Positions 54,473 to 63,731 of a stretch of 64,000 bases of DNA are shown one piece after another (the stretch's first letter is position 1; every line of letters begins with the position of its first letter). The position numbers were made by a program, and so were the translations under genes. The notes under the pieces were generated by a model. The model made no database searches. It was not told the DNA's origin and saw nothing but the letters and a program-made list of their open reading frames with translations. Source of the stretch: a virus; the IMG/VR virus record IMGVR_UViG_3300006802_000087, positions 11,824-75,823 of that record; one strand, written 5' to 3'.

Positions 54473-56590
54473 AGGGAAGTGATTGAGGGTCGGGCAAAGG
54501 AGAAGTTCGCCTGGCTCTCTCTCTTTTGTGTAACAACACATCAAGCATTGTATAATATAACCACAACCACCGCAGGAGATACTATGCGACTTTACAAGGA
54601 CAAAAACAATCACAGCCTCAGACGCCGCTCGCGCAAGAACCGTCAATTGCAGAAGCGATATGAAGAAGAGTTGAAGCAACAGCAACAGCGCGCCGCAAAG
54701 AAGCAATGGCTGAGCATTCTGGCAGAACTCGCTGAAGATGCAGACTAGGGAGAGAATATGAGACAGTTTTTGAAAGACCCAGACAATATGGGTTTCGTTT
54801 GGTTGGCGGTTATCGTCACAGTTTTTGCCTTCCTCATCTATTGGGAGGCGGGACAGAATACGCCGGAGAGGCAAGCAGAGAGTGATCTGCGTCTTAAGTG
54901 TATCAGCAAGGCTAGTGGTTCCCAGCCAGAATGCTGGGACGAGAAGGACTGGCAGGTATTCTGCCAGAAGACCGGAATATGTAGGGGGACAAAATGAGCA
55001 ACGACAGAGACTACTTTAACATTCCCGGCACAGATCGAAAGCTAGCGATCGACAGAGTTCTGGTCTTGCCATTGGCATTTGCAGTTCCCTTCGGTCTGAT
55101 CGCTATCATGATCTGGGCAGTAGGTATCGGCTGGACCTTCACCATTGTGGCTGCCTTGGTGCTATGGCGGATCCTGGATGGCATAAGACTGGTATAAAAT
55201 GTAACGCTGTGTCAGGTGGTGTATAATATAAACAACCACCACAGGAGGCAACATGGTTATCGTTATCGGACTCATGATCATCACATTAGGACCATTATTC
55301 TTATTGACCCTCACACCCCCAAACAACGGAGACAAATAATATGGTAGGATGGATACTTGCTGCAATGGCAGCAGACTTAGTGCATACAAAGGCAGCGGAA
55401 GCAGAGAAGCAAAAGCGGATCAAGCGGATGGGGCAACTACAGTTCCTCCTTGGTCGTCCGGCAACGCGCACTCACTTCATGGACTGTAGATGCGGATTAT
55501 GCCGCAACCGCAGAACAGCCTGGCAGGCTGAACTGGACAGGCTAAAGTGTAACTGCTAACACAACCCAATATAATATACAAGAACCAACCAAGGAAATAC
55601 CATGACAGCATTACTCGTTATCAACGCATTCTTACTTTTAATTGTCGCAGTCAAAATTGAACGAATGGCACATCAACAGTTCGAACTTGACAATGACGAT
55701 GCAAACTACAACGACTGGGACTTTGGTTTCAGTGACAAATAGGAGGTAACATGACAGAACTCATCATCCCAGGCGGAGTATTCTTCCCTCACAGCACAAC
55801 ACCTAAACCCAGACCAAAGGATCGACCATGACAGCAGAACAATTAGAACAGCAGTTAGAGCAACTTAAAGACCGTATCAATGCTCTCTGGGTAGAGCGAG
55901 AGGCACAGGAGCAGCGACGTCGCCGGGCAAATCAGGCAGCGAACAACCATGTGTATGAAGTGGGTTACAGTCACAGCTGGATGGAATACACCTCGATCAG
56001 CAACGCAGCCGCGGCAGCAAAAGAGAGATTGACAGAGATCAGCAGCGAACTGGATCAGGCATATGCAGAGCAGAGAGAACTACTGGAACAATGTAACGCA
56101 CTTGCAGGCTTGGTATAATATATAGGTCAACCATCAACGGAGATAACATGAAACACGAACTTTTACTTACAAATGAAGCAGCAACTTACTTCGCATCACA
56201 GGGACAAACACAGCAACAAGTCCTCCGCAATATGGCCTTGGTAGCAGATCAGATCTGTGAAGCCAAAGGCTGGACAGTGGGCATCAACGCCATGGTGGTC
56301 ATCCGGGAAGCAGTGACCGGTGGCAGCACTGGACTTAAACCCTGGTTCGTCATCAATCAGGTGCTGGATACTCACAAGACGGCTGTAAGCGATCCTGACT
56401 TAAACCGCAATACACCTTCACTCAATCGTCATGCACACTGTATCCTTACATCTCGCAAGAACGGGCCGAACCGCTATGGTGGCTTCACTCGTCTGGTGGC
56501 ACAAGCAAGGAACGGCAACCTGACACAGCGCATTGTGTAACACCACCTCACACCCTGTATAATATAACCACAACCCCAATCGGAGATACT

Positions 56591-57187
56591 ATGACTAGTC
56601 ACACTAAAAGTCAAATCCAAACCTTGCTCAACAACCCAGCCTATGTCGACGAGGCCATCCGCATTCTTGGCCAGAACCAGACACCAGGCGAACTCCGTGC
56701 CAAAAGCACACATATCAACAATGACATCGGCTTCTCAGCAGCATACGGCACCACCGGCACTCGTCTCTTTGAGTTCGTCACTGGCATCAACACCAAGACA
56801 GGTGAGAAGAAGTGGCAGCCCAAGTCACTGGCACACCCAGTCGCTAATCGAGTCTTCAGCCGCTACATCAACAATCACGGCTTGGACAGTGCATTGGCAC
56901 TTGGCCAGAAGATTGCTGGGATCCACTGGAAGCAACTGGGAGAACTTCTCACCTGGCAACCAGTTACCTTACCCACAAAGCCGGTGGAAGTAAAGAGAGA
57001 CAACGACGGAACTGCAGCATCCATCACCATCCGTGGTGTGGAAGTACAGCTAGTGAAAGGAAAGGCAGTCCGTGTGCTATGGGACAGCAAGAGAGTCTGG
57101 TTGCCGAAGTCTCAGATCCAAATCAACGCATCCTCAGGCGACATCACAATGCCACGATGGCTCGCTCGCAATAAAGGCATGCTCTAA
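56591..57187 (+). CDS. Conserved phage protein
   Basis: QTPGE..THINNDIGF; C-terminal WLPKSQI..MPRWLARNKG. Confidence 0.7.
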   Translation: MTSHTKSQIQTLLNNPAYVDEAIRILGQNQTPGELRAKSTHINNDIGFSAAYGTTGTRLFEFVTGINTKTGEKKWQPKSLAHPVANRVFSRYINNHGLDSALALGQKIAGIHWKQLGELLTWQPVTLPTKPVEVKRDNDGTAASITIRGVEVQLVKGKAVRVLWDSKRVWLPKSQIQINASSGDITMPRWLARNKGML

Positions 57188-57193
57188 AGAATA

Positions 57194-57252
57194 ACTCCGT
57201 GGTTGGTGTTTGGAAGAGTGGCAAAAGGACGCTGCTCTTCCTCTTACCGCCG
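57194..57252 (+). ncRNA. Short ACTCCGTGGTTGG element, copy 4
   Basis: ACTCCGTGGTTGGTGTT then hairpin GGAAGAGTGGC/GCTGCTCTTCC. Confidence 0.5.
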
Positions 57253-57306
57253 ATGTAACAGCACATCATGTATTGTATAATATAACCACAACCACTGGAG
57301 GCAAAC

Positions 57307-58566
57307 ATGACAAACTATATCTACTTAGTTGCAGGAGAGCGAAACACTAAACCCGGGTCTGTGTCTGACAGCGGAGGCCTCTATGCTAATGTAGGAATGA
57401 CACATAATGGCAGACTACCAGAAGACAGATTCAGAGATCCTGATTATAAGAAGAAGCAATCAGGTGGCAGATGGGTACTGATCAAACAATGGGCAGTAGG
57501 TGACATGAAGGATCATTCTATTCACAACTTCCTCAAGCGACATGATGATGTAAGATGGAATCCGATCTCACACAATACAGAAGAGTTTTTGTTTATTGAC
57601 GACGAAGGTGACGGTCTTAAAGCCATTGACATTATTGAACACATCATGTTAGAGCATTTGATGCCATCTTTTATTAAGGAGAAGCTAAGTTCTACACAGG
57701 CTGCATTGACAGAAGAACGGAATAAGAGAGAGCATATTGCGAATGCAGAGCCATGGCTTCTTCTCCAAGAAGCATTGATCCGCCAAGAAGAAGCTTTTAA
57801 AATAGAATGTGACAAAAGAAGGGAAGCATTAGAGCGTGATAATGATATACACCTTGCACTAAAAGAAGCACAACTCCGCAATACAGTGGATGAAAGGCTT
57901 AATGAAGCTATGACAGAAGCAAAACAAATGGTTGAAATAGCACAAAAAGAAGTCAAAACAGCCAATGATACTACTAATGCGCTTACTCGACAGAGAGATC
58001 AAGCAATTGCCAAGTCTAAGTCAAGAACACGTCTGTCAGTTTTGTCAATGGCACTTGGGTTTGTATGTTCTTTGTCACTAGGAACAGAAGCATTCTCAAA
58101 TATAGCTGGTGATAAGGTTGCCATGGCAGAGTATCAGGTTGAAAGAAGCAATCAAGCAATGTTAGCTTCTAATAGCAAAGCAAAAGAACTTGAACTGGAG
58201 ATCAATAGGTTGACGCGCGAGAACAATAATCTTAAGCAAACACTGTCTGAACACCAGCAAAAGACAACAAAGGCAGTGTCAGCCGCGGCAAAACGACACA
58301 AACAAATATGCTTGTCAGCTTCTTCTTGTGTTGCGGATGATCAAGACGACAATAGCTTTGTGTGCTCTGTATACAAAGGAGACAAAAGATATCAATGTAA
58401 ATATACAGTTGAGGGTCGTATACCTGTGTGTGGTTTTGGTAACTGTCAGAGTATAGGCGAAGACGCAGCAATAATCAGCCTCAACAATGGGAAAGCTTAT
58501 TCAGACTGGTTGGGCGACACCGGCTGGAAAATTGTAAAGTATGAGTCATATGGCACACCACAATAA
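57307..58566 (+). CDS. Membrane-anchored coiled-coil protein with Cys-rich C-terminus
   Basis: Globular N-terminus, coiled coil, LSVLSMALGFVCSLSL, coiled coil, six Cys. Confidence 0.65.
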   Translation: MTNYIYLVAGERNTKPGSVSDSGGLYANVGMTHNGRLPEDRFRDPDYKKKQSGGRWVLIKQWAVGDMKDHSIHNFLKRHDDVRWNPISHNTEEFLFIDDEGDGLKAIDIIEHIMLEHLMPSFIKEKLSSTQAALTEERNKREHIANAEPWLLLQEALIRQEEAFKIECDKRREALERDNDIHLALKEAQLRNTVDERLNEAMTEAKQMVEIAQKEVKTANDTTNALTRQRDQAIAKSKSRTRLSVLSMALGFVCSLSLGTEAFSNIAGDKVAMAEYQVERSNQAMLASNSKAKELELEINRLTRENNNLKQTLSEHQQKTTKAVSAAAKRHKQICLSASSCVADDQDDNSFVCSVYKGDKRYQCKYTVEGRIPVCGFGNCQSIGEDAAIISLNNGKAYSDWLGDTGWKIVKYESYGTPQ

Positions 58567-60100
58567 TGTAAAACAGGCAACAGCGGTGTATAATATATAA
58601 GAACCAAGCAATCCCAAACGGAGACACCATGACACTTTACATTCTTATTCGATCTTTCGACCACTCACCGTCAGTTATCCTTGGCGCGTTTCACACACTT
58701 CAAGCAGCACAGGCTCATGCTGAGGGTCTTGCTGTAGATAACGGTGACGAACTGGATAGAGATCTAGGAGATATGGAAGAGGAGATGTATAATATGCATA
58801 ATGCGGCTGATGCATTCTTCTTTGACGGCTTCTACCACGAGATCGTTAGCACTCAACTTCACGCGCAAGATTAGGAGGCACCATGACTTCAAGACTTTCA
58901 TATCCTCACAACGACATCCGCATTATCAGCATCAGCCAGCCAAAAGCCCGCAAAGAATATGTGTGCATTGGTTGCAGCTGCAAGATCAGCAAGGGTGACC
59001 GCTATCAGCGCAGCAACTTCACCGACGACAACATCAATGAGGGACGACAGCTACTATCTACCACATCATGTCTGGCATGCTCTCCCACAGATCATCCCAT
59101 CTTTGGTGTGGCTAACGGCAAGTTCCGCAAGAGCGCAGATCTTACTTGGCGGCCGAAGACACAGCAGTATCCTATTGACTGGTATTCATGTTAAGACCCG
59201 ATCTGCAACCGGGTGCACTGATGCACCTCTCTAATCTACCCCTTCAACTAGACGGCTTTGCCATTGTCCTATCTACCTCAGATAAGAAGAGGGGAAGACT
59301 ACGCGGCGTTGGCTACAACATTCTCTTTAATGGCGCAGTAGTCACCTTCTATGCAGCCAGCACACCCAACAAGCTGATCCTCTCAGCGAAGATTAATCCG
59401 CAACAACCTAACATATACTACACATTCAAACCAATACTACTCGCAGGAGCACCACATGACAGACAGCAACGGCAAGATCATCAGATCAATCACGCAAGCA
59501 GCAGCAGGCAATAACAGCTACTACATTGTCTACTACAAAGACGGCAGCTGCAAGACATACACTAGAGCTACAGGGGTGATCACCAGGTGGTTCCAGAAGA
59601 ATGGGTAGATAGAATGGGGCGGAGAGCAAAGACAAAGAAGACCAAAGCTGCATGGCAATGGTCAGGGAAGAAGCTCCGCGAAGAAGAGCGGAGACTCCGC
59701 CGCTTAGTAACAGAGCAGAAGCAGAGAGAAGCAGCTAGGTGGAAGCAGTACCGGGACAGTATCTATGCAGACTGGGATGACGAGGACGAGTGGGATGAAC
59801 CGGTGCCAGATACTTCGTGCTCATCAGTGTCTGACGCAGAACTCTTGCACGAGCTATCTCGCGTTCAGCTCGAGATCGCAGAGAGGGAAAGTCATCTCGC
59901 GCGCGGGGAAAGGGAGACCGAAGAAGATGTGCACCTTGCACAGTGGTACGCAGAGCTAGTGCTAGAGCGGCAGAGAAGGAGGATCTAGGAATGGAACAGA
60001 GATACATTGCACCCGTGACCAGGTGGATACAAGGCTATAAACTACACCATGCTCTAGGAGCAACCTGTGTCCTCTTGGCAGCTGCTCTTTGGTGCATCCT

Positions 60101-60367
60101 CTAAGTACTTCGTGCCCGGGCAACTATGCTGGGATGGTGTAGCACAGCGTGCACACGAATGATCTGGTGGATAAACACTACACGGCCACCAGGTGAAACT
60201 ACATCACACCAGTGGCTGCGAGGATCCGTTATCTCGTGCACATGGACAGTAATGATAATGGCGAAGTGTCTCGTGCCCGTCTCGTCCTCCATCCACTCTA
60301 TCAAGAAGCCAGGCCGGAGGTGGGGAGTTAACTGAGGACGGGGAATGTAGGGAAGACTAGTCGGCAT
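60101..60367 (-). CDS. Small hypothetical protein flanked by direct repeats
   Basis: MPTSLPYIPRP start; LRPGFLIEW. Confidence 0.45.
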   Translation of the reverse strand: MPTSLPYIPRPQLTPHLRPGFLIEWMEDETGTRHFAIIITVHVHEITDPRSHWCDVVSPGGRVVFIHQIIRVHAVLHHPSIVARARST

Positions 60368-60411
60368 GGTCTTAAGTATCTTGTGCCCGGGCAGTCTTCG
60401 TATCTCGAGCA

Positions 60412-60441
60412 CAAAAAGAGGGAGCTCCTCTCGGAGCTCCC
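60412..60441 (-). terminator. Intrinsic terminator
   Basis: GGGAGCTCC-GAGA-GGAGCTCCC then TCTTTTT on minus strand. Confidence 0.75.
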
Positions 60442-60461
60442 CGCGGGAGTGGGTGTGTGGC

Positions 60462-60902
60462 TTAGGCCTCTGTGTCTGAGCTGTCTTGAGCTAGCTCATC
60501 CATGGCTTCCACGACTTGAGGCAGTTCACCGTTGAAGAGGTAGCGAGTCTGTGCTTTTGAGCCAGACACTGTAACCATCTCACCCAGTGAGGCAATGGCA
60601 GCTTTCATACGAGGCTTAGCCACACCGTTGCGGTACTTCTCCTCTTCCTGTGTCTCTTGATAACCGTGACAAGGTGCTGAGATACCCATAACTTCCTTGA
60701 CCAGATCTGAGATGGCATAAGGTGTACCAGGCTGGGCAAAGGCTGTGAGATTGGTGGTGAGCTCTGCAACGATGGCTGCTTCTTCGCGGTCGGCTTCGGC
60801 TTGGATGATGCGTCGTTTGATGCGCTTGTGTTCTGCCTCTGAGATACAGCCGTTGCATAGCAGAGAGTTGAGGTTAGCGATGAGGGTCTTGGTTGTAGCC
60901 AT
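60462..60902 (-). CDS. Hypothetical protein, paralogue of 53528..53953
   Basis: MATTKTL start behind AGGAG; promoter 61016-60988 on minus strand. Confidence 0.8.
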   Translation of the reverse strand: MATTKTLIANLNSLLCNGCISEAEHKRIKRRIIQAEADREEAAIVAELTTNLTAFAQPGTPYAISDLVKEVMGISAPCHGYQETQEEEKYRNGVAKPRMKAAIASLGEMVTVSGSKAQTRYLFNGELPQVVEAMDELAQDSSDTEA

Positions 60903-61388
60903 AGTGGGCTCCTGTCTTTTGGTTGGTGGGTGGTGTCCTTTAAGCCGGTTTCCCGTTCCAGCGCCTCTGAGCGAGGTGGGCATATATATTATACACCACG
61001 GGGTCGAGTGTTACATTTTTGTGTGTGTCTTGAGTGGGCGCGAGATGCATTGTGGCGATGGGTGCAATGTGCTGGGAGGTGTCTAGAGGGCCGTTACAGA
61101 GCCCCCTTTTAGAGCCCCTCTCTGACCCCCTGGGCCCCCGCCCCTAGCGCGCAGCCCCCCTAAATGCCCACCGGCGGAGCCCCCTGGCGCCAGGCTGCCT
61201 AAGTACAATTTTTCTGCACGTCAACTTTTTGACCAGCTTACCGGAACATACGAACACGCAGCAGCAATTTAATTTACAGCCCTGTTTTCTGCGCGCCAGA
61301 CTGTGGACATAAGGGTTTTTCTCACAAAAATTTCCGGAGAATATTCTGAAAACTTTTCCTAATTATTGTATAATATACAGAGGAAAAT

Positions 61389-61721
61389 ATGGCAGGACTT
61401 GACACATCATGGGAAACAGGCGACCGGGTCATTCATTTGGAAGACATATTCCGGTACCTAAATGTGAGAAGAAGACGAGTGCACCGGATGCCCGCTCGTT
61501 CACTCTATAAAATGTTGGGGCGTCGACTGAGTATACAAAAGCGGCGCATGAGGCGTGCTGATATTTCTGTGCCGATCATCCTTGTTGTAGACAGGGCGAC
61601 TCGCCGACCTGAGGTCGTTCTGGACGGGAATCATCGGCTAGCTAAGGCAGTGACGATGAAAAGGGATATCCCTTTTCGTATTCTGTACAGTGATGAATAC
61701 GATTTGTTGTTCGGATCATAA
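61389..61721 (+). CDS. ParB/sulfiredoxin-like domain protein
   Basis: ADISVPIILV..VLDGNHRLAKA. Confidence 0.7.
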   Translation: MAGLDTSWETGDRVIHLEDIFRYLNVRRRRVHRMPARSLYKMLGRRLSIQKRRMRRADISVPIILVVDRATRRPEVVLDGNHRLAKAVTMKRDIPFRILYSDEYDLLFGS

Positions 61722-61782
61722 AAATTTCTCCGGGAAAATTTGACCAATTTTTAGATAATTATGCTTATATATTGGAGATGCA

Positions 61783-62271
61783 ATGAAGATTACACGAAGT
61801 CAACTGCGAAGTTTAATTAAAGAGGCAATTAACGAACACAGAATTAAGCCCTCTGTTGCTAATATCCCGCCGGAACATTTAGATAAAATACACAGTCTTA
61901 TTGATGGCGGTCGGCTAGCGCAGGCACAGTCTTTTATTGATGCATTTGGTGGTGATCCTGATTATGTGGATGATTATATCGCGTATGGTGAGGTGGGTGA
62001 CTTAGAAAAATTAGGAAACAAAGCTTCAGATGTGATTGCCACGATTCCTAAAGATTCCTATGGTTTTTCAAAGTTAAAGGACATGGAACCGGTATACGAT
62101 ATTGATCAGCAGGCATATGATCTAGTCAAATCAAAAATTTTAAAAGATGAACAGGTGGATCCCGAATATTTCGACCGTGAGATGGTTCATAACCGGAGAT
62201 ACTACGGTAATAGAAATAGAGATCCTAGTGTTGATCGATCCGGATATTTTGAAGATGATTTTATTCGGTGA
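61783..62271 (+). CDS. MKIT-leader protein
   Basis: MKITRSQLRSLIKE; ATAATTA at 61755. Confidence 0.75.
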   Translation: MKITRSQLRSLIKEAINEHRIKPSVANIPPEHLDKIHSLIDGGRLAQAQSFIDAFGGDPDYVDDYIAYGEVGDLEKLGNKASDVIATIPKDSYGFSKLKDMEPVYDIDQQAYDLVKSKILKDEQVDPEYFDREMVHNRRYYGNRNRDPSVDRSGYFEDDFIR

Positions 62272-62333
62272 CAGTGCGGCGAGGATGACCCCGGGGGCTT
62301 ATACTCGTCGTTCATAGGGCAGGGCTAGCTCGC

Positions 62334-62354
62334 GCCAGTTGACACTGGCTTTTT
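62334..62354 (+). terminator. Intrinsic terminator
   Basis: GCCAGT-TGAC-ACTGGC-TTTTT. Confidence 0.6.
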
Positions 62355-62400
62355 ATTTTCTCCGGAAAATTTGAGGAACTTTTAGATAGTTATTATCACT

Positions 62401-62991
62401 ATGAGAATTACGCGCAGACATATAAGAAGATTAATCGAGGGAATGCTTAACGAGATGCCGATGTTGCAACCTGATCTTTTGCCCTCGGGTTTCTATGTTA
62501 CGGTTCAAAAAGATACTTATGTGCCTGACATGTCTGACTGGTTTACCCATGAAGACGGCGGACCGGTCGATCCAATGAAAATGATGATGATTCATATACA
62601 CGATCAGAGTGGAGGAATCAAGGCTGAATTATATATGAGATATTGGACGTCTCGGTATTGTGGAGGAACTTGGGAAGTTTATCGTGCTTATTTAAGAGGC
62701 GCACCTGACGGCACCGGTCCCTTGTTGTATGATATCGCAATGGATATCGCCGCTGATCGTGGGATCATGAGTGATCGGATGACGACGTCTGATGATGCAG
62801 CTAGAGTTTGGGAATATTACCTGGATAATCGGCCGGATGTCATAACTAAGCCTATAGGTCGATGTGTTGGGAAATGGATGAGAGAATTAGCTGAGGGAAG
62901 GCGTCCTGAGTTTTCTGAGTTGAAGTTTATAAAATCGGCAGGATCTCCGAGCATCATCGATGCCTTAGGCGACAAGATACGTTTTGGATAG
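62401..62991 (+). CDS. MKIT-leader GNAT-like protein A
   Basis: MRITRRHIRRLIE; GTGPLLYDIAM..SD..SDDAARVWEYY. Confidence 0.6.
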   Translation: MRITRRHIRRLIEGMLNEMPMLQPDLLPSGFYVTVQKDTYVPDMSDWFTHEDGGPVDPMKMMMIHIHDQSGGIKAELYMRYWTSRYCGGTWEVYRAYLRGAPDGTGPLLYDIAMDIAADRGIMSDRMTTSDDAARVWEYYLDNRPDVITKPIGRCVGKWMRELAEGRRPEFSELKFIKSAGSPSIIDALGDKIRFG

Positions 62992-63009
62992 GTAAAAAGT
63001 GAGTCATAT

Positions 63010-63621
63010 ATGAAAATAACACGAAACTATTTAAGAAGACTTATTGAAGGTGTACTTAATGAGATGCCCGCCAGGCAACCTAGTGGTCTAGACCCAAGTT
63101 TCTATTGGACTGTCCAAAGATTTTCTCTAGACGCAGCTGACGAAGACGAGTGGGACGGCATTACTGAGGGGATTGTTGAAACAGTACATATCACTGGTAA
63201 TATGATCTTGCCAAAATGGGGTGACACTGAGATTGCACATTTACAAATGAAAAAAACAGCCGACTGCCCTCACTGGGAGATCAAGAACGTCTCCGTGCGA
63301 GGTGATAAGTTCTACAAAAATCACGGAATACGACAACCCCAGACGGCAAAAGACCTGGGCCCGATGATGTATGACATTGCCATGGAGATCGCCGGCCTGG
63401 CCGGCCTTATTAGTGACAGTAGTGGGTCTTCTGCTGATGCTCAAAGAGTTTGGAATTTTTATCTAGATAATCGGGCAGGTGTCGATGTCGACGTCACTGC
63501 CCTATCTCCCGGGACTTGCGGCCGCAGAGATCAATTGACTTTCCAGAACAGAGTATATCGAAAGAAGACGGGTGGCCCGAGTATAATTTCTGCCTTAGGC
63601 GATAAGATTAACTTTGTTTAA
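63010..63621 (+). CDS. MKIT-leader GNAT-like protein B
   Basis: MKITRNYLRRLIE; LGPMMYDIAM..SD..SADAQRVWNFY. Confidence 0.6.
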   Translation: MKITRNYLRRLIEGVLNEMPARQPSGLDPSFYWTVQRFSLDAADEDEWDGITEGIVETVHITGNMILPKWGDTEIAHLQMKKTADCPHWEIKNVSVRGDKFYKNHGIRQPQTAKDLGPMMYDIAMEIAGLAGLISDSSGSSADAQRVWNFYLDNRAGVDVDVTALSPGTCGRRDQLTFQNRVYRKKTGGPSIISALGDKINFV

Positions 63622-63731
63622 AGTAAAAAAGTGAGAGCAGCTCCGTGAGAAAATCTCATTATTTCACAAAAATTTCCGGAGAAATTTCGCAAAACTTTAC
63701 CTATGTATACAGTATATAATATGGAGTAGCA

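Larger units (their letters stand above)
37847..61016 (+). repeat. Dense array of RTGTAA-N17-TATAAT/TATACT promoters with A/C-rich leaders driving small hypothetical genes
   Basis: -35 boxes at 37847, 38420, 39359, 40565, 40816, 41169, 41946, 42383, 43405, 45478, 45726, 46100, 46855, 47322, 48117, 48501, 49241, 49535, 49787, 50394, 50855, 51504, 52430, 52952, 53463, 53983, 54528, 55199, 55547, 56091, 56535, 57253, 58566 and 61016 (minus strand); 40565 and 42383 are GTGCAA variants; further copies at 2143, 16290, 20861, 27973, 30996, 33414, 35494. Confidence 0.9.

Noticed and set aside
42952-57252. ACTCCGTGGTTGG elements as minus-strand ribosome-binding sites
   Set aside because: The reverse complement reads CCAACCACGGAGT but no ATG follows at normal spacing in any copy, and the G.U pairs favour a plus-strand RNA.
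37847-61016. CRISPR array or integron attC array
   Set aside because: Repeats are degenerate promoters separated by whole genes of variable length; no cas genes, integrase or attC structure seen.
350-63444. Most minus-strand ORFs in the track
   Set aside because: They overlap well-supported plus-strand genes and lack an RBS; only thyX, 60462..60902 and tentatively 60101..60367 were kept.
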